Of a DNA stretch of 64,000 bases, positions 1 through 18,009 are shown in pieces. Both the position numbers and the translations under genes were made by a program. Position 1 is the stretch's first letter. Each line of letters starts with the position of its first letter. The notes under the pieces are model-generated. The model did no database searches. It was not told the origin of the DNA and saw only the letters and a program-made list of their open reading frames with translations. Source of the DNA: the human T2T-CHM13v2.0 reference genome, Homo sapiens; the NCBI RefSeq assembly GCF_009914755.1, contig NC_060947.1; one strand, written 5' to 3'.

Positions 1-3043
<3,043 letters not shown>

Positions 3044-5331
3044 GCCATTTTAATAAGTGTGCGGTAGTATCTTATTATAAGAGAACTAAACATTGCAACA
3101 AAGTATATTTTAAATAACTGAAATTCTGTTATTTTCAAAATATTGTTAAAAGACAGCTGTACTGACAAGAATATGTTCCTTATTCCCATAACACTTTTTG
3201 AGCTGGGTACACCATGATATGGTTTCAGCTTTTCTTTAAGCTCACACTCTATTTGACTTATTTTCATTCCATTCTTACTCTCTCAAGACCAGCGTCACTT
3301 CATAAATTCTTGCTGCAAGAGCTGCTTGCGGAAAAAATCTATGTAACTTCTTGAGAGTTTGTGTTCCTTTTACTCCAACATCAACTTCCCAGTACTGGAA
3401 CACACTGTTAGCAGGATCTAAACCTACCAAGCCTACACCTTGATGATAATCTGTAGAAAAGGCCTGTTTTTAAGAATACCTACACCAACCCCAAAAGCCA
3501 GAAACACATTTCAAACAATATGTCTTAGGGTGCACATTGCCTTTAAAACATATATGTTTTAAAAAAGTTTCTTTGTAATAACGATTTTCATTATGACAAA
3601 AGTAGGTGGGTAACAGATAACATGTCTTAGTATGTGAAGAACATTTAAAAGGACAGGAGATGTATATATACTCTTGGAAATTTTCCTTCATTCAGAAAAG
3701 AAAATTAGACTACTCAAATAAACTGATTTTAAAACTGATGATTTTTTTCCTAAGCAAAAGTCAATAATGTATGGCTCATATGTTAATGAATCAATTTTCA
3801 TTGCAGATCCTAAGTATAGTCCTGCAAATTCTCCTGGCTAAATCTCATCATGAGATAGTTGACTGATTGCATACTGCAGCAGCATAATGCTAGAGGAACT
3901 AATCTTGACTGATATTGTAGCTTTCTTAAAGGACACTTTAAAAACAACTGGTCTCGAGATTATAAGTTCTTTCTAAAATTCAATTCAGTTTATTGTTCAG
4001 GGTAAAAGAATTAAGAAAGGTCACTGGATGCATTGGTTGTGGTGGTCCCAATTTAGTCACACAGACAGGCTCGTTCTTTGCCTAATTGTGTCATCCCAAA
4101 TGAATAGCTAGATTTAATCAATTCTGATAACAAAGAAAAAAGTTATTCTCAGTAAATGGATTTTGCAAAACAATCAAATCAGGTTTTATATCTATCAATC
4201 CTAACCCAGAAATATTCAACAAAAAGCTTTATAAAATGAAAATTTCTAAAAATTATAGAAATATTCTACTTCCTTATAATATTTACTTTTTTCATCTTAT
4301 ATTCTCTTTTTAATTTAAGGAAATCAAGGATTGCACAAAAGGTCAATTATATTACAGTATTTCTACTGAAGAAAAACCAATCTAAGTGTCTTAATGGCAG
4401 GAAAATTATTTTTATGAATATTATGATTTTACCATATTTTTAATTGCAGTACAAAATTCTTTTCTAAAGTAATTATATGATAGAGAACTAAGAGTAACAT
4501 ATAATTCAACAAGCTTCTCTTCATAAAAGAATATTAGGGGATTATTTTTGAGTGAATTGGCAGTTTAATATATTTGATTTTCTTTCCAAGTCTCACTGCG
4601 TGCATCTTTTGTACTGCAGCTGCAAAGTCTGTAGATTGATCTCATCAAATCTCACATGCAAATTACAGTTCTACCTCCACACACATTGAGTTTAATAATG
4701 ATAAAAGTAGATGACAAATATGAAAGGGAACTAGTGCAAAAGTCTTAGTATAGCAACAAGCTTAGCATGTTTCAGGAAAAATAATATGATGTAGCCCAAG
4801 GACAGTAGACAAGGAGTGGAAGATGAGATAAAAGTGGTGGCCAGAGGTCCAGATCCTGCAGCATATTGAAGGACATGGTAAGGAGTCTAGATTTTATTCT
4901 AAAGGTAATGAAAACACAAAGGAGTGTTTTGTGCAGGAGAATTACATGATCTGACTAACTTCTGAAAGGATCATCCTGTCTGCTTTGTGGCAAATCGGCC
5001 AAAAAAGGGCAAGGGAAGAAGCAGGTAGATCAATTCAGAAGCTATTGCAAGGGTTCAGGAGAGAGATGATTGTGACTGAAACTAGGTTTGTAGTACACAA
5101 CACAGTAAGAGGTTGAATTCAGGAAATATTTTGGAGATAGAGCCTCCTGGGATTTACTGATAGATTGGATGTGGGGATTGGAGGAGTTAGGAGAGATGAG
5201 GATACAGCTAGGTATTTGAACTGAGAAGATGGGTGGGTGACACTGTAAAGAAAAAGTCTGTGGAGGACCAGGTTGCCTATGGGGTAGGCATGGATTAAGA
5301 GTCCTATTTACAAATTTTAGGATTGAGATGC

Positions 5332-5684
5332 TGATAGGTTTGGCTCTGTGTCCCCACCCAAATCTCATTTTGAATTGTACTCCCATAATTCCCACATATT
5401 GTGGGAGGGACCCACTGGGAGCTCATTTGAATTATGGGGGTAGTTTCCCCCATACTGTTCTCGTGTTAGTGAATAAGTCTCATGAGATCTGATAATTTTA
5501 TCAGGGGTTTCTGCTTTTGCATCCCCCTCATTTTCCCTTGCCGCTGCCATGTAAGAAGTGCCTTTCGCCTCCTGCGATCATTCTGAGACCTCCTAGCCAT
5601 GTGGAACTGTAAGTCCAATTAAATTTCTTTTGCTTCTCAGTTTCCCGTATGTCTTTATCAGCAGCATGGGAACGGACTAATACA
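5332..5684 (+). mobile_element. THE1A solo LTR (MaLR)
   Basis: TGATAGGTTTGGCTCTGTGTCCCCACCCAAATCTC...GGACTAATACA, with TG..CA ends and 5-bp TSD GATGC (5327-5331 and 5685-5689). Confidence 0.92.
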
Positions 5685-6276
5685 GATGCCTACTGAACAT
5701 TCAAGTAGAGATATTGATTAGGCAGTTTCATATATGTCTAAAACTGAAGAGAAAGATCTGCACTTGGGGCATGTGTAGAGCTATGGAATAGATTGAGATT
5801 GATTAGGCAAGAACGTAGGTTGGTAGAGGGCCAGGGGCAGATTGCAGATACTCTAGTATTTAGAGATCGTGCAGAGAAGAAGCAAGCAGACAATGAAAGA
5901 AGCCTGAAACCATGTGCCCAGTAATATAAGAAATAAACAGATGAAAAGGCATCTTTGAAAAGTATTGCTTTTTTGTAAAAGGCAACCGAGAAATTCGGCT
6001 GTAGCTGGAGGGTGATATAGAGTAAAGTACATTTTTTATTTTTGCTTCTAATAATAGAAAAGGTACTTAGTTTTTTAAAAATTGTTTGTCCTTCTATTTT
6101 TATTTCTGATGGAAATGACATAGTAGAAAGGGAGGAATGTTTGATACACAAGAGAGAAGGAAACACTTATTGCAGCAGTGATTTCTTCCACAGGGTGAGA
6201 GGATATGAAATCCAAAACGCAGTTGAGGGGTTGGTCTTAGATAGTCATAAAGTGCTACTTTCACAGTAGCAGGAAG

Positions 6277-6362
6277 AATTTAAAGGAGTTTTAATACAGA
6301 TGCAGGGAGGTTGAGAGTTAATTTAAAGGAGTTTTGATACAGATGCAGAGAGGTTGAGAGTT
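6277..6362. repeat. 43-bp tandem duplication (2 copies)
   Basis: AATTTAAAGGAGTTTT(A/G)ATACAGATGCAG(G/A)GAGGTTGAGAGTT twice, with 2 mismatches. Confidence 0.95.
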
Positions 6363-8328
6363 TGGGATTTGGAAAGATGTCAAAATTTCTGATTTAGCTA
6401 TGCAAGGGAAAAGAACTCAGGGGCATAAAAGATTATCGTAATCAGTTCTACAAATTCAAACATCCAGCTTAGACCTTGACTCAGACTCCCTAGTTATAAG
6501 TCATTGCTGCATATACTCTTGCACAAGTTATTATAACATTCAAAGTATGTGTTCATGAAGCATGTGTTAGAGAAATTAAGTCAGTAAGTACTTGTTTTCA
6601 TCTCACAATCTAATTTGCTGAAAGCAATTCCAAATTCTCTGGAAATTATTTTTATTTCAGTGGCTACAGAATGGTTTGCTTTAGAGAAAAAGGTCCCATA
6701 ATCTTTGATAAAATTGAAGGTAGAATCAATGATATTTGATTCTGATTAATCTAGAGCTTAGTGGACTGTAAAACTCCCGGGCCATTTTCTTAAGCAACCT
6801 GGAAGCTCTTTATCCCCTTTCATCACATCCTAGGAAACCTGCCAACTGCATGTTTTGGAAATAAAAAGTTTATTCAGAGTTTTTCAGCTCACAATACAGT
6901 CAATTATTTTCAGTGTGCAGACACTATATGCTCACACAGTAGAAAGTTATTTTGGGAAGCAGGGTCTCCAATCTGTATTTTCAGGCATTGATTAGAGACT
7001 CTAAGAATAGAAACATGATGCAATGTGCTAGGAAACAAGAGAGCTAATTTATTCCAGTCGGTCAATCACTAGCTCAAGTCCTACTATCCTCTATTCCCAC
7101 ACACAAAAAATAATTCTCTGTGTTGCAAGTTAAGATGACATTTTCAGAATCCAGCACATCAGACCTCTTAGACGTTATCTAGTTTAGCACCTTCTATGTA
7201 TAGATAGGTAAACCTGAGACCTCCATGAGGCTAGGGACTTACCAACGTTTACCCAGCATATGCACGGTATAATCCAGACTTCCTGACTCCTTATGCATCA
7301 CTCTCTTCAGCATGCTTTTCAGCTTCTCTTTCTTATCTCTTTACTATAGCAAAGAATATTCTCCGAGCAGGCAAAGTGGTGAGGTTGACTCCTAGTATGA
7401 CATGTACTACAAGCTTCTAGAGCAGCTGCCCCAGAAACCATAACAAAACCCACTTTAAGGATAAAGAGCAATAACCAGAAAATCATAAGGCAGAAGAAGC
7501 AGGAAAGTAATATAAGGAGAGAAATAATGGGATAAAATGTCCTAAACTAAGGGTAGGAAAAAATCTAGCATGGGGAAAAATTAAGAAGAAAAAATCTGGC
7601 ATGAGAAAAATGGAAGAGGGATCTACAAATTGTTTGAGATAGAGGGGCAGAGAGGAAGATGAATTGTGCAGTGCTCTCTATCCGACTGATGAGGACAACC
7701 CAACCTAGCTGCCCTGACTCTTCCAAAGGCCACTGTATTTCATGCTTTTGATTTATCTTACCACTGACAGAGATAAACTTTCTACCTACCTACTCTTTTT
7801 CCCGTTCCCTACTTTTGCTGTAATCTTTTTGTTTGGGAACTCATGGCCTTAAAACTAAAGATTTCATTACAAGTATAAAGAAATCAGAGTTTATAAAGCG
7901 CTTACACATATATTATTACCTTTGGGTCTCACAATACATTTATGAGGTAGATACTATCTATGACTCTCCAAAAAGGTATGTGGGTAGACAAAGAGAAGCT
8001 AGAGATTAGGAAGGGTCATTAAACTAAGTATTCTATGGAAACACACCAAATCAAGGAGGACTTTCCAAATGGGGCTTGGAGAAACTCAAGGCTGCAAGCA
8101 AGAACAAACTAAATTATATATCCAAGGGCCATGAAGACAGTAGGAAGATAAGGAGTTGTAGACCAAGGAAATTGAGGTACTGGGTCAAAGAATAAGGGTG
8201 AAAAGTGGATGAATCTAATTGATTCAGAAATGTTGGTATCTGCAAACCTTAACAATGTCATAGAATGCCCCTTTAATGTAAACTCAGACCGCCACAATGT
8301 GGGGTAACATTTCAAGAGAGCCATGCTA

Positions 8329-11300
8329 GGGAATGACATCAGCAAGATGGCAGAATAGAAAAATCTTTGTCTCCGTTGCTGCCACAGAAAGTTCAACTAG
8401 CAACTACCCACAGACCAGAACATTTTTTGAAAACTCCTCTACATGAAAACAATCCTAAGACATAGGTGTGGTTGAAAAACTGAATGAAATCCAAATTGGA
8501 AGGTAAAAAGGATGCCCTTATTCCAACCATGTCACCCCTCCCACTCCCTCAAGTTGACACACCACAAAGAGGATTTCCCTGGTCCCAAGGTTTCTACAGA
8601 AGGGAAAGAGAACAAGAGACACCTCCAAGGATCACTCTGTTCTTACTGGATAGGGAATACTAGGGGAAACATTATGGTTAGACCACTGCATGTTAGATAG
8701 AAACAAAGAAAGGAGGCAGAGGTCATAGTGAACAGCAGGCAGTTATTGGTGGTACCTCTGTGCTTCTGTCAGCTGTGGTGCCAGATCAGAGATACTAGCT
8801 AACATAGCACATATTTAAAGATGAGCTGGTTGCATCAAAAACATGGTAGAAAGTTCAATCTAGCTTGAATTTCTAGATAGCTAGTCTCCATGCCCAGCTT
8901 CAGATCCCACCTCAATGACCCTGCCCAAGTGAGGAGAATCCCACCTTCACACATTTCAGAGAAGCAAAGTGATTAGACGGCTTGACCCAGGAAGTCAGGC
9001 AGTGGCTTCACTTAGCCAAAAGCTCATTCAGTGTCCCTGCCCAGGCAGGGAGACTCTCACTTCTGTGCATTTCATAGAAGTACAGGGGATATAACTGCTT
9101 GACCAGGAACATCTAACAACTGTTTAACTCAACCAAAAGCCCACCCCACTGCTCCACCCTGAAGGGAGGCAATCTGAAACTGTGCATTTCTAAGGAGTAT
9201 AGCTTCCCATGCTGCCTATCCTGAGCAGCAACTCTACCTAACCTCAAAGCCTAGCCAGAATTCCTGCCCAACTGCAGAGCCCAAGTAGTAAAATTACCCA
9301 GCCAAAGTATACGTGTTGTGACCAGCCTCAACAGAAGTCATCACTATACCCACCCAGCAGCTCTGTCTGACAGTAGAGCCCAGCCAGTGTTCTCACCGAT
9401 AGCACAGCCCAACAAGCAGCCCCACTCAAAATCAGAACAGCGGCAGCAGCTTAGCCAACTATAGAACTTACAAGAAACTCTGCCTGTCCAAGGTTGTCAC
9501 TGTCTGGTCATAACAGAAGCACAGGCTAGACTAAATAATGAAGGACTGTCCCTTCAAAGAACACCTATAAAGTCCAGAAAAGATGTTGTCCCCTCAGATG
9601 TGCAGACAACAATGTAAGGACACAAAGATTACCAAAAAAAAAAAAAAAAAATAGAGAAACTTGACTCCTCCAAAAGAAAATTATAAAGTTTCAGTAGAAA
9701 GCTTCAACAGCAGCCTCTCTCAAGCAGTAGAAAGGACCACTGAACTAGAAGAGAGAACATTTGAAAGTATCCAGTCAAAGGAATAAAAAGGCAAAAGAAT
9801 AAAATATAATAAGGAAAGCCTACAGGAATTATGGAATATCATCAAGAGACCAAACATCACCTAAGAGGAGCTGCAGAAGGAGAAGAAACACAAAAAGCAG
9901 AAGGAAGGAGATAAAGATCAGAGCAGAATTAAATGAAACAAAGTCTGAAAAAACAATATGAAAGATCAACAAAAGAAAAAGTTATTTTTTGAAAAGACAA
10001 ACAAAAATGATAAACTTTTATCTTCATTACCTAAGAAAAAAGAGATGTCTCAAGTAAAATCAGAAATGAAAGAGATGTTACAACTGATACCACAGAAATA
10101 CAAAAGATTGTAACAGATTACTATGAACAGTTATATGCCAACAAATTTGAGAACCTAGAAGAAATAGATAAATTTATAGACATATACAGCCTACCAAGAC
10201 TGAATTATAAAAAAGTAGAAAATTTGAATAGTCCAATAACAAGTAAAGGTATTAAATCAGTAATAAGAAGTTTTCCATCAAAGTAAAGCTCAAGACCTCA
10301 TGGCTTCACTGCTGAGTTACATCAAACATCTAAAAAAGAAATAATACCAATCCTTCTCAAACCTCTTCCAAAAATTTCAAGAGGAGGAAATATTTACAAA
10401 CTCTTTTTGTCAAGGTCAGCATTACCCTGATACCAAAGCCAAACAAGGACATTATAAGAAAAGAAATTACAGGTCAATAACCTTGATGAATATAAACGCA
10501 AAAATACTCAACAAAATACTATTACAGCAAACCAAATTCAACAACACACTAAAAGGGTCATCCACTATTATCAAGTGGGATTTAACCCTGGCATGCAAAG
10601 TTGGTTCAACATTTGCAAATCAGTACATGTGATCCATCACATTAACAGAATGAAGGACAAATTCATATGATCATCTCATTTGATGCAGAAAGAGCATTTG
10701 ACTAAACTCAACATATTTTCATCATTACAATTGCTCACCAAATTAGGTGTAGAAGAAATGTACCTGAACACAGGAAGACCACATAGAAGCCCACAGCTAA
10801 TATTATGCTCAATGGTGAAAAATTGAAAGCCTTTCTTTTAAGATCTGAAACAAGACAAGAATGCTCACTCTGGCCACTTCATTCCTCATAGTATTGGAAG
10901 TCCTTTCCAGGGCAATTTGGCAAAAGAAAGAAATAAAAGACATTTAAAAAAGAAAGGAAGAAGTGAAATTGTCACTGCTTGCTGATGATATAATTTTATA
11001 TGTAGAAAACTTTACAGACTCCACCAAAAACACTGTTAGAACTAATAAACAAATATAATAATCCTGCAGAATGTAAAATGAACACACAGAAATGAGTGGC
11101 ATTTCTGTATGCTTAACAATAAACTATCCAAAAAAGATCAAGAGAACAATTTTATATTCACGTGCTACAAAAAAAAAAAAAAATAGCAATGAATTGAACC
11201 CAGGTGGTGAAAGTCTTGTACACTGAAAACTACAACACACTGATGGAAGAAATTGAGTAAGATATGAATAAATGGAAAGATATCCCATGTTTATTGAGTG

Positions 11301-11390
11301 GAAGAAGAAATATTGTTAATATGTTTATACTACCCCATCTACAGATGCAGTACAATCCGTATGAAAATTGCAATGTGATACACAGAATTT
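8329..11390 (+). mobile_element. Old L1M element: 5' UTR, deleted ORF1 and partial ORF2
   Basis: Starts GGGAATGACATCAGCAAGATGGCAGAATAG (L1 5' end type). ORF1-like GAAAGCTTCAACAGCAG and ORF2-like TACTATGAACAGTTATATGCCAACAAATT follow. Confidence 0.85.
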
Positions 11391-11498
11391 AAAAAATTAT
11401 GTGATCTTCTAAATAGATGCAGAAAAAGTATTTGATAAAATCCAGCATCCCTCATGTTAAAAGCCCTCAACAAAATTGGCATAGAAGAGACATACTTT

Positions 11499-11809
<311 letters not shown>

Positions 11810-12063
11810 TCAAAGTAATAAAAGCCATCTATGATAAACTCACAGCCAACATCACTCTGAATGGGGAAACGTTGAAAGCATTCCCCCTGAGAACTGGAGC
11901 AACACAAGAATGCCCAGGTTCACCACTTCTATTCAACATAGTACTAGAAGTCTTAGCCAGAGCAATCAGAAAAGAGATAAAAATAAAAGAAATCTAAATT
12001 GGGAAAGCGGAAGTCAAACTGTCACTGTTTGCCAATGATATGAACATATATCTAGAAAATCCT

Positions 12064-12529
<466 letters not shown>

Positions 12530-13849
12530 AGAAAATCCTAAAGATTCATCCAAAAAGCTCCTATAACTGATAAACAAATACAGTAAAGTCTCAGGATACA
12601 AAATCAATGTACACAGATTAGTAGCACTGTTATACACCAACAACCAAGTTGGGAATCAAATCAAGAACTGAATCCCTTTTACAACAGCTGCAAAAAAATA
12701 ATAAAATACTTAGAAATATACTTAACTAAGGAAGTGAAATATCTTACAAGGAAAGCTAAAAAAACACTGCTGAAAGAAATAATAGATGACACAAAATGGA
12801 AACACATCCCATGTTTATGGATGGTTAGAATCAATATTGCAAAAATGACCATACTGCCCAAAGCAATCTACAGATTCAATGTAATACCCATCAAAATACC
12901 ATCAACATTCTTTACAGAACTAGAAAAAATTATAAAATTCATAGGAAACTAATAAATAGTCTGCATAGCCAAAGCAAGACTAAGCAAAAAGAACAAATCT
13001 GGAGGCATCACATTACCTGACTTCAAACTATGCTATAAATCAATAGTTACCAACGCAGCATGGTCCTGGTATAAAAACAGGCACATAGACCAGTGAAATA
13101 GAATAGGGAACCCAGAAATAAAGTCAAATCTAATACTTACAGCCAACTGATCTTCAACAAAGGAAACAAAAACATAAAGTGGGGAAAGGACACTGTATTC
13201 AATAAATGGTGCTGGGAAAACTGGCAAGCCACATGTAGAAGACTGAAACTGGATCCTCATTTCTCACCTCATACAAAATTAAGATGGATTAAAGATTTAA
13301 ATCTAAGACCTGAATCCATAAAAATGCAAGAAGATAACATCAGAAAAACCCTTCTAGGCATTAGCTTAGGCAAAGATTTCATGATCAAGAACCCAAAAGC
13401 AAATGCAACAAAAATAAAAATAAATAAATGGGACCTAATTAAACTAAAAAGTCTTTGAACGGCAAAATAATAATAATAATAAATCAACAGAGTACAACAG
13501 ACAACCCACAGAGTGGGAGAAAATCTTCACAATCTTTACATTCGACAAAGGACCAATATTCAGAATATACAAGGAACTCAAACAAATTAGCTAGAAATGA
13601 ACCAATAATCCCATCAAAAATTGGGCAAAAGATGTGAATAGAACATTCTCAATAGAAGATACACAAACATATGAAAACAAACATAAGAAAAAATGCTCAA
13701 CAACACTAATTATCAGGGAAATGCAAATTAAAACCACAGTTAGATACTACCTTACTCCTGCAAGAATGGCCATAATTAAAAAGTCAAAAAATAATAGCTA
13801 TTGTAATGGATGTAGTGAAAAGGGAACACTTTTACACTGCTGGTGAGAT

Positions 13850-15760
13850 TCTTAGGGTTTCTATTTAGATTCAGAGTGTATACGTGCAGGTTTCTTTCCT
13901 GGGCATATTAGGTGATGGTGAGGTTTGGGATGCAGATTTTTCTGTCACCCAAGTACTGAGCATAGTAACCAACAGTTTTTCAACCCTCGCCCCTGTCCTC
14001 CCTCCTACCTCTAGTAGTCCCCAGTATCTATCGTTCCCATCTTTATGTCCATGAGTACCCAATGTTTAGCTCCCACTTGTAAGTGAGAGCATGAAGTATT
14101 TGGTTTTCTGTTTTTGTGTTAATTCACTTGTGATAATGGCCTCCAGCTGCCTCGTTGTTGCTGCAAAGGACATGATTTTATTATTTTTTATGGCTGCGTA
14201 GTAATCCATGGTGTATTTGTGCCACATTTTCTTTATGCAGTCCACCATTTTTGGGCACCTAAGTTGATTCCATGTCTTTGCAATGGTGAATGGTGCTACA
14301 ATGAACATGTGAGTGCATGTGTCTTTTTGGTAGGACGATCTGTTTTCTTTTGGGTATATACTCAGTAGTAAGATTCCTGGGTCAAGTGATAGTTCTAAGT
14401 TCTTTAAGAAATCTCTAAATTGTTTTCGATAGTGGCTGAATTAATTTACATTCCCACAAATATTGTATAAGCATTCCCTTTCTCCACAGCCTCCACAGCA
14501 TCTATTATTGTTTGACTTTTAAATAATAGCCATTCTGACTAGTGTAAGGTGATATCTTATTGACATTTTGATTTCCATTTCTCTGATGATTAGTGGTGTG
14601 GAACATTTTTTCATATGTTTATTGGGTGCTTGTATGTCTTTTTCGAGGAGTGTCTGTTCATGTCCTTTGCTCGTTTTTTAATGGGGCTCTTTGTTTCTTG
14701 TTTGTTGAGTTGTTCCTCATAGATTCTGGGTATTAGGCCTTTGTTAAATGCATAGTTTGTGAATATTTTCTCCCATTCTGTAGGGTGTCAGCTTACTCTG
14801 TTGCTAGCTTCTTTTGCTGTACAGAAGCCCTTTACTTTAATTAGTTTCCACTTGTCAATTTATTATTCTGTTGCAATTGCCTTTGAGGACTTAGTCATAA
14901 ATTCTTTCCCGAAGCCAGTGTCCAGAATGGTGTTTCCTAGGTTTTCTTCTAGGGTTCTTATAGTTTGAGGTCGTACATTTAAATCTTTAATCCACCTTGA
15001 GTTAATTTTTTATATGGTGACTGGTAGGGGTTCAGTTTTATTCTTCCGAATATGGCTAGCCAATTATCCCAGCACCGTTTATTAAAAAAACTGTCCTTTC
15101 CCTATCCTTATTTTTGTTGACTTTGTTGAAGATAAAATGTCTAATGGCAGCTTGATTTCTGGTTTCTCTATTCTGTTCCATTGGTCTATTTTTGTCTGTT
15201 CTTCTCTGTTTTTATACCAGTAGTATGTTGTTTTGGTTATAGTAGTCTTATAGTATAGTTTGAAGTCAGGTAATGAGTTGCCTCAGGCTTTGTCCTATTT
15301 GCTTAGGATTGCTTTAGCTATTCAGGCTGTTTTTCTGTCCCATATGAATTTTGAAACAGTTTTTCTAGTTCTGCAAATAATGACGTTGGTAGTTTGATAG
15401 GAATAGCATTGAATTGGTAGCTTTCTTTGGGCAGCATGGCCATTTTAACTATATTGATTCTTCCAATCCATGAGCATGGAATTTTTTTTATTTGTGTAAT
15501 TTATGATTTCTTTGAGCAGTGTTTGTAGTTCTTGTAGAGATCATTCTCCTGCTTGGTTAGATGTGTTCATATGTAATTTTTATGGCTATTGTAAATGGGA
15601 TTGCATTTTTGATGTGGCCCTTAGCTTAAACATTATAGATGTATAGAAATGCTACTGATTTTTACACATTGATTTTGTATCCTGAAACTTTACTGAAGTG
15701 GTTTATCAGCTCCAGAAGCCTTTTGCTGGAGTATTTAGGGTTTCCTAGGTATAGAATCTA
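13850..15760 (-). mobile_element. 5'-truncated L1 (L1PA17/L1PB4-like 3' end)
   Basis: Antisense 3' UTR and ORF2 3' part (MFIVAPFTIAKTWNQ). Confidence 0.9.
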
Positions 15761-15919
15761 TATATTTCTATATTATTTATTCACTCTCCATTGCCCCAAA
15801 CTTCAGAATCAATTTCTCTTTTGTCCACTTCTTAGTTTGTCAATCATTCAGTGGAATCATTCGTTAGTGGTAGGCATTGAGAATGCAAAAATAAAAACGA
15901 TATGGGACATGCCCTATGT

Positions 15920-16520
15920 TATCTTCCTATCAGCTCCCTCCAGCCCTACTGACTTTTTGCTATATCTCCAACAGACAAAATGCCCATGTTCTTTAAAGTA
16001 TTTAAATTTTCTAATCCCTCTGTTTTGAATGCTGTTTCACCTCACACCCATATCTACATTGCTTACTTTTTCATGTTTGCATAGAGTAAGTATGTCTTCA
16101 GATGAAATGCTGCAATGTCACCTTACTACTGAGGCCTTCCTCTACCTTCCTATAGAAGCAGCACACGCCCTTCCTCTTCTTTATATTACATATAAAATTA
16201 TATCTACTTAGATATAGATACAAACATAGATGATATATCTACACACACATACTCCTTTGTATTAGTCTGTCTAACTTATAATGTGGTCATGAGGGCAGAA
16301 ATTTTTGTGTCTTTTATTCACTGTCTTTCCATCCCCAGGAACAGTGTCTGAAAAGAGAACTCAATAAATATTTGCTGAACAAAGGAATAATTACATTTCC
16401 CTGTCTATCTGTGCAGCTAGACTGTGAATTTCTCAAAACAGAAAGAGCATATCTGTCTTCACTATCATATCTACAGTGCTTTGGAGGGGACCTAAGACAT
16501 TCTTGGTGCTCAGCTGAGAT
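15920..16520 (+). mobile_element. L2 3' fragments
   Basis: Ends CTCAATAAATATTTGCTGAAC and contains TAGACTGTGAATTTCTC. Confidence 0.7.
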
Positions 16521-16799
16521 TGGTAGAGCAGAACTGGGCAATCTTTCATATTCCTCTGTATCAAGTTGCAGTATAACCTTGAATTGTTTCTTCTGACAAC
16601 CTCAGATTTACCCCTCCTCCTTCAACTCCCCCTGAGCCTCATTATTCTTATGGTGTTCATTATCCTTACCTAATAACTTTTCCAACACTAATCCAGAATG
16701 AATATAGCTTTATTCTCTGAGGACTTAGTTTACTGAGGGTCTTTTGTATCTGCCAAGTATTCTGTACTTCATGAGATATTTGTTGATTAAGTTACAAGA

Positions 16800-17520
16800 G
16801 AGGACCAATAACTTCATATATGTGAACATCAGCACACTAGTGTCTTGAAATGCTATTTGGAGCAATACAGTTTTAAACTAGAAAGACATAAAAAATACCT
16901 TCTAAATATAAAGCTAGCTAAATGAATTCCCCAATCAAGATTTTGCAAGTAATTACAGAACTGGATACATTCTGTATTTGAGTTAATAGACTTCCTTTTT
17001 TAGGGCATAACATCCTTAATATCCACATCATGCTTTCTATGTGTTCTTTATGCTGCCTAACACAGTTTGAATGCTCAATAAATAACAATCAAATTAAAGC
17101 CATGGCAACCCTAAAATTAGTAAGTCCAATAGAGTGGTGCTTGGCTCTTTCTCTTTCAGAGGCAGGTGCCTGCCAAAAAGCTTGCATAACAAATGCAATA
17201 TAACCCAAGTCATTGGTATTTGCTCCGTTTTCTTACAAGAAAAATATTTACAATCCCTAAATAGTGGAAGGAAGGATACACAGAAAAACAATAACAAAAT
17301 TATTGGAGTTTTGCTCAAAATGACAAAATAATAAATCAGAATTACAACAAGCCACTGACCTTTAAATATTCTTGAAAACAGATTGCAGGAAACACCCTGA
17401 CTTAGGAGAGGACAAGAAGGACCATCAAATGGCTCCTTTTCACTGGTGACTTTCTCTTTCCTCATCGGCCTGTCTGCCACAGTAGCTGCCAGTATAATGG
17501 AACAATAAGATTTGGATAAG
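16800..17520 (-). mobile_element. Ancient Gypsy remnant B (H2C2 plus integrase core)
   Basis: QLLWQTGR...VLLVLS*VRVFPAI (cf. LLWGxR...VLxELHxxHPGI); FRDCKYFSC...ILHL and PLKEK...LPWL (ORF 17094-17525); ILRMFM; S*LGNSFS; FKTVLLQIAFQDTSVL. Confidence 0.5.
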
Positions 17521-18009
17521 GACAAGCACCGCTCTACCCATACCCTCTCTTTGCTAATGAGTAGGTATTGTTGGCTAACAACAAAAGGGCATCATAGTTA
17601 TGCCTTTGTGTTCTTGTGATTTGCTATAAACCAATTTATAATTGCACACACACTCTAACATACACAGATAAACTTACTAATGTTTCATAATCTATTTCAA
17701 AGGTTGGATTTCACACTTCTCAACTGAGACTTCTGTGGTCCTTGTGAAGTCCTGAGAAGAGAGTGCACTTTAATACAAATATGTTCCACATCACATGTTT
17801 TAAATAATATTTTAATCCTCACAATGCCTCTCTGAGGTAAATGGATAATGATATCCTCATTGAAAATGATAAAATTAAGAATCAGATTGTCATGTACACT
17901 GTGTTATACAATCATCCATTATTCAAGTAATGATTCAAAATCCAATAGATCTGACTTCAAAACCTATAATCTTTCCAGAATAGCATGGTAACTTCAAGTA
18001 CTATAAAAC

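Larger units (their letters stand above)
4720..6390 (-). mobile_element. L2 fragment, split by THE1A
   Basis: L2-antisense-type text (GGTAAGGAGTCTAGATTTTATTCTAAAGGTAATG...ACATGATCTGA; ATTCAAGTAGAGATATTGATTAGGCAG) is collinear across the LTR. Confidence 0.8.
3050..8320 (-). mobile_element. Ancient Ty3/Gypsy remnant A (gag zinc knuckle-PR-RT-RNase H-H2C2), interrupted by L2/THE1A and MIRs
   Basis: Minus-strand motifs in canonical order: DIVKVCR (~8240; cf. HIAKVCR); ESLSLSVVR (~7770; protease LPLxVV); PKHAVGRFPRM**K/GDKEL (~6800-6858); LVQEYMQQ*L (~6500-6530; RT motif A); MFEFVELITIIFYAPEFF (~6410-6465; motif B); EINLQTL...NCQFTQK (~4545-4645); FVIRID/KSSYSFG and HPVTFLNSFTLNN/TELNF (~3975-4135; RNase H); YIIDFCLGKK...YLSSL (~3705-3770); LPTYF...YKETFLKHI (~3550-3615); TLKKLHRFFPQ (~3325-3358). 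By-eye alignment. Confidence 0.72.

Noticed and set aside
6277-6362. 43-bp repeat as a CRISPR-like or functional array
   Set aside because: Only two adjacent copies with no spacer, at the edge of an L2; an ordinary tandem duplication.
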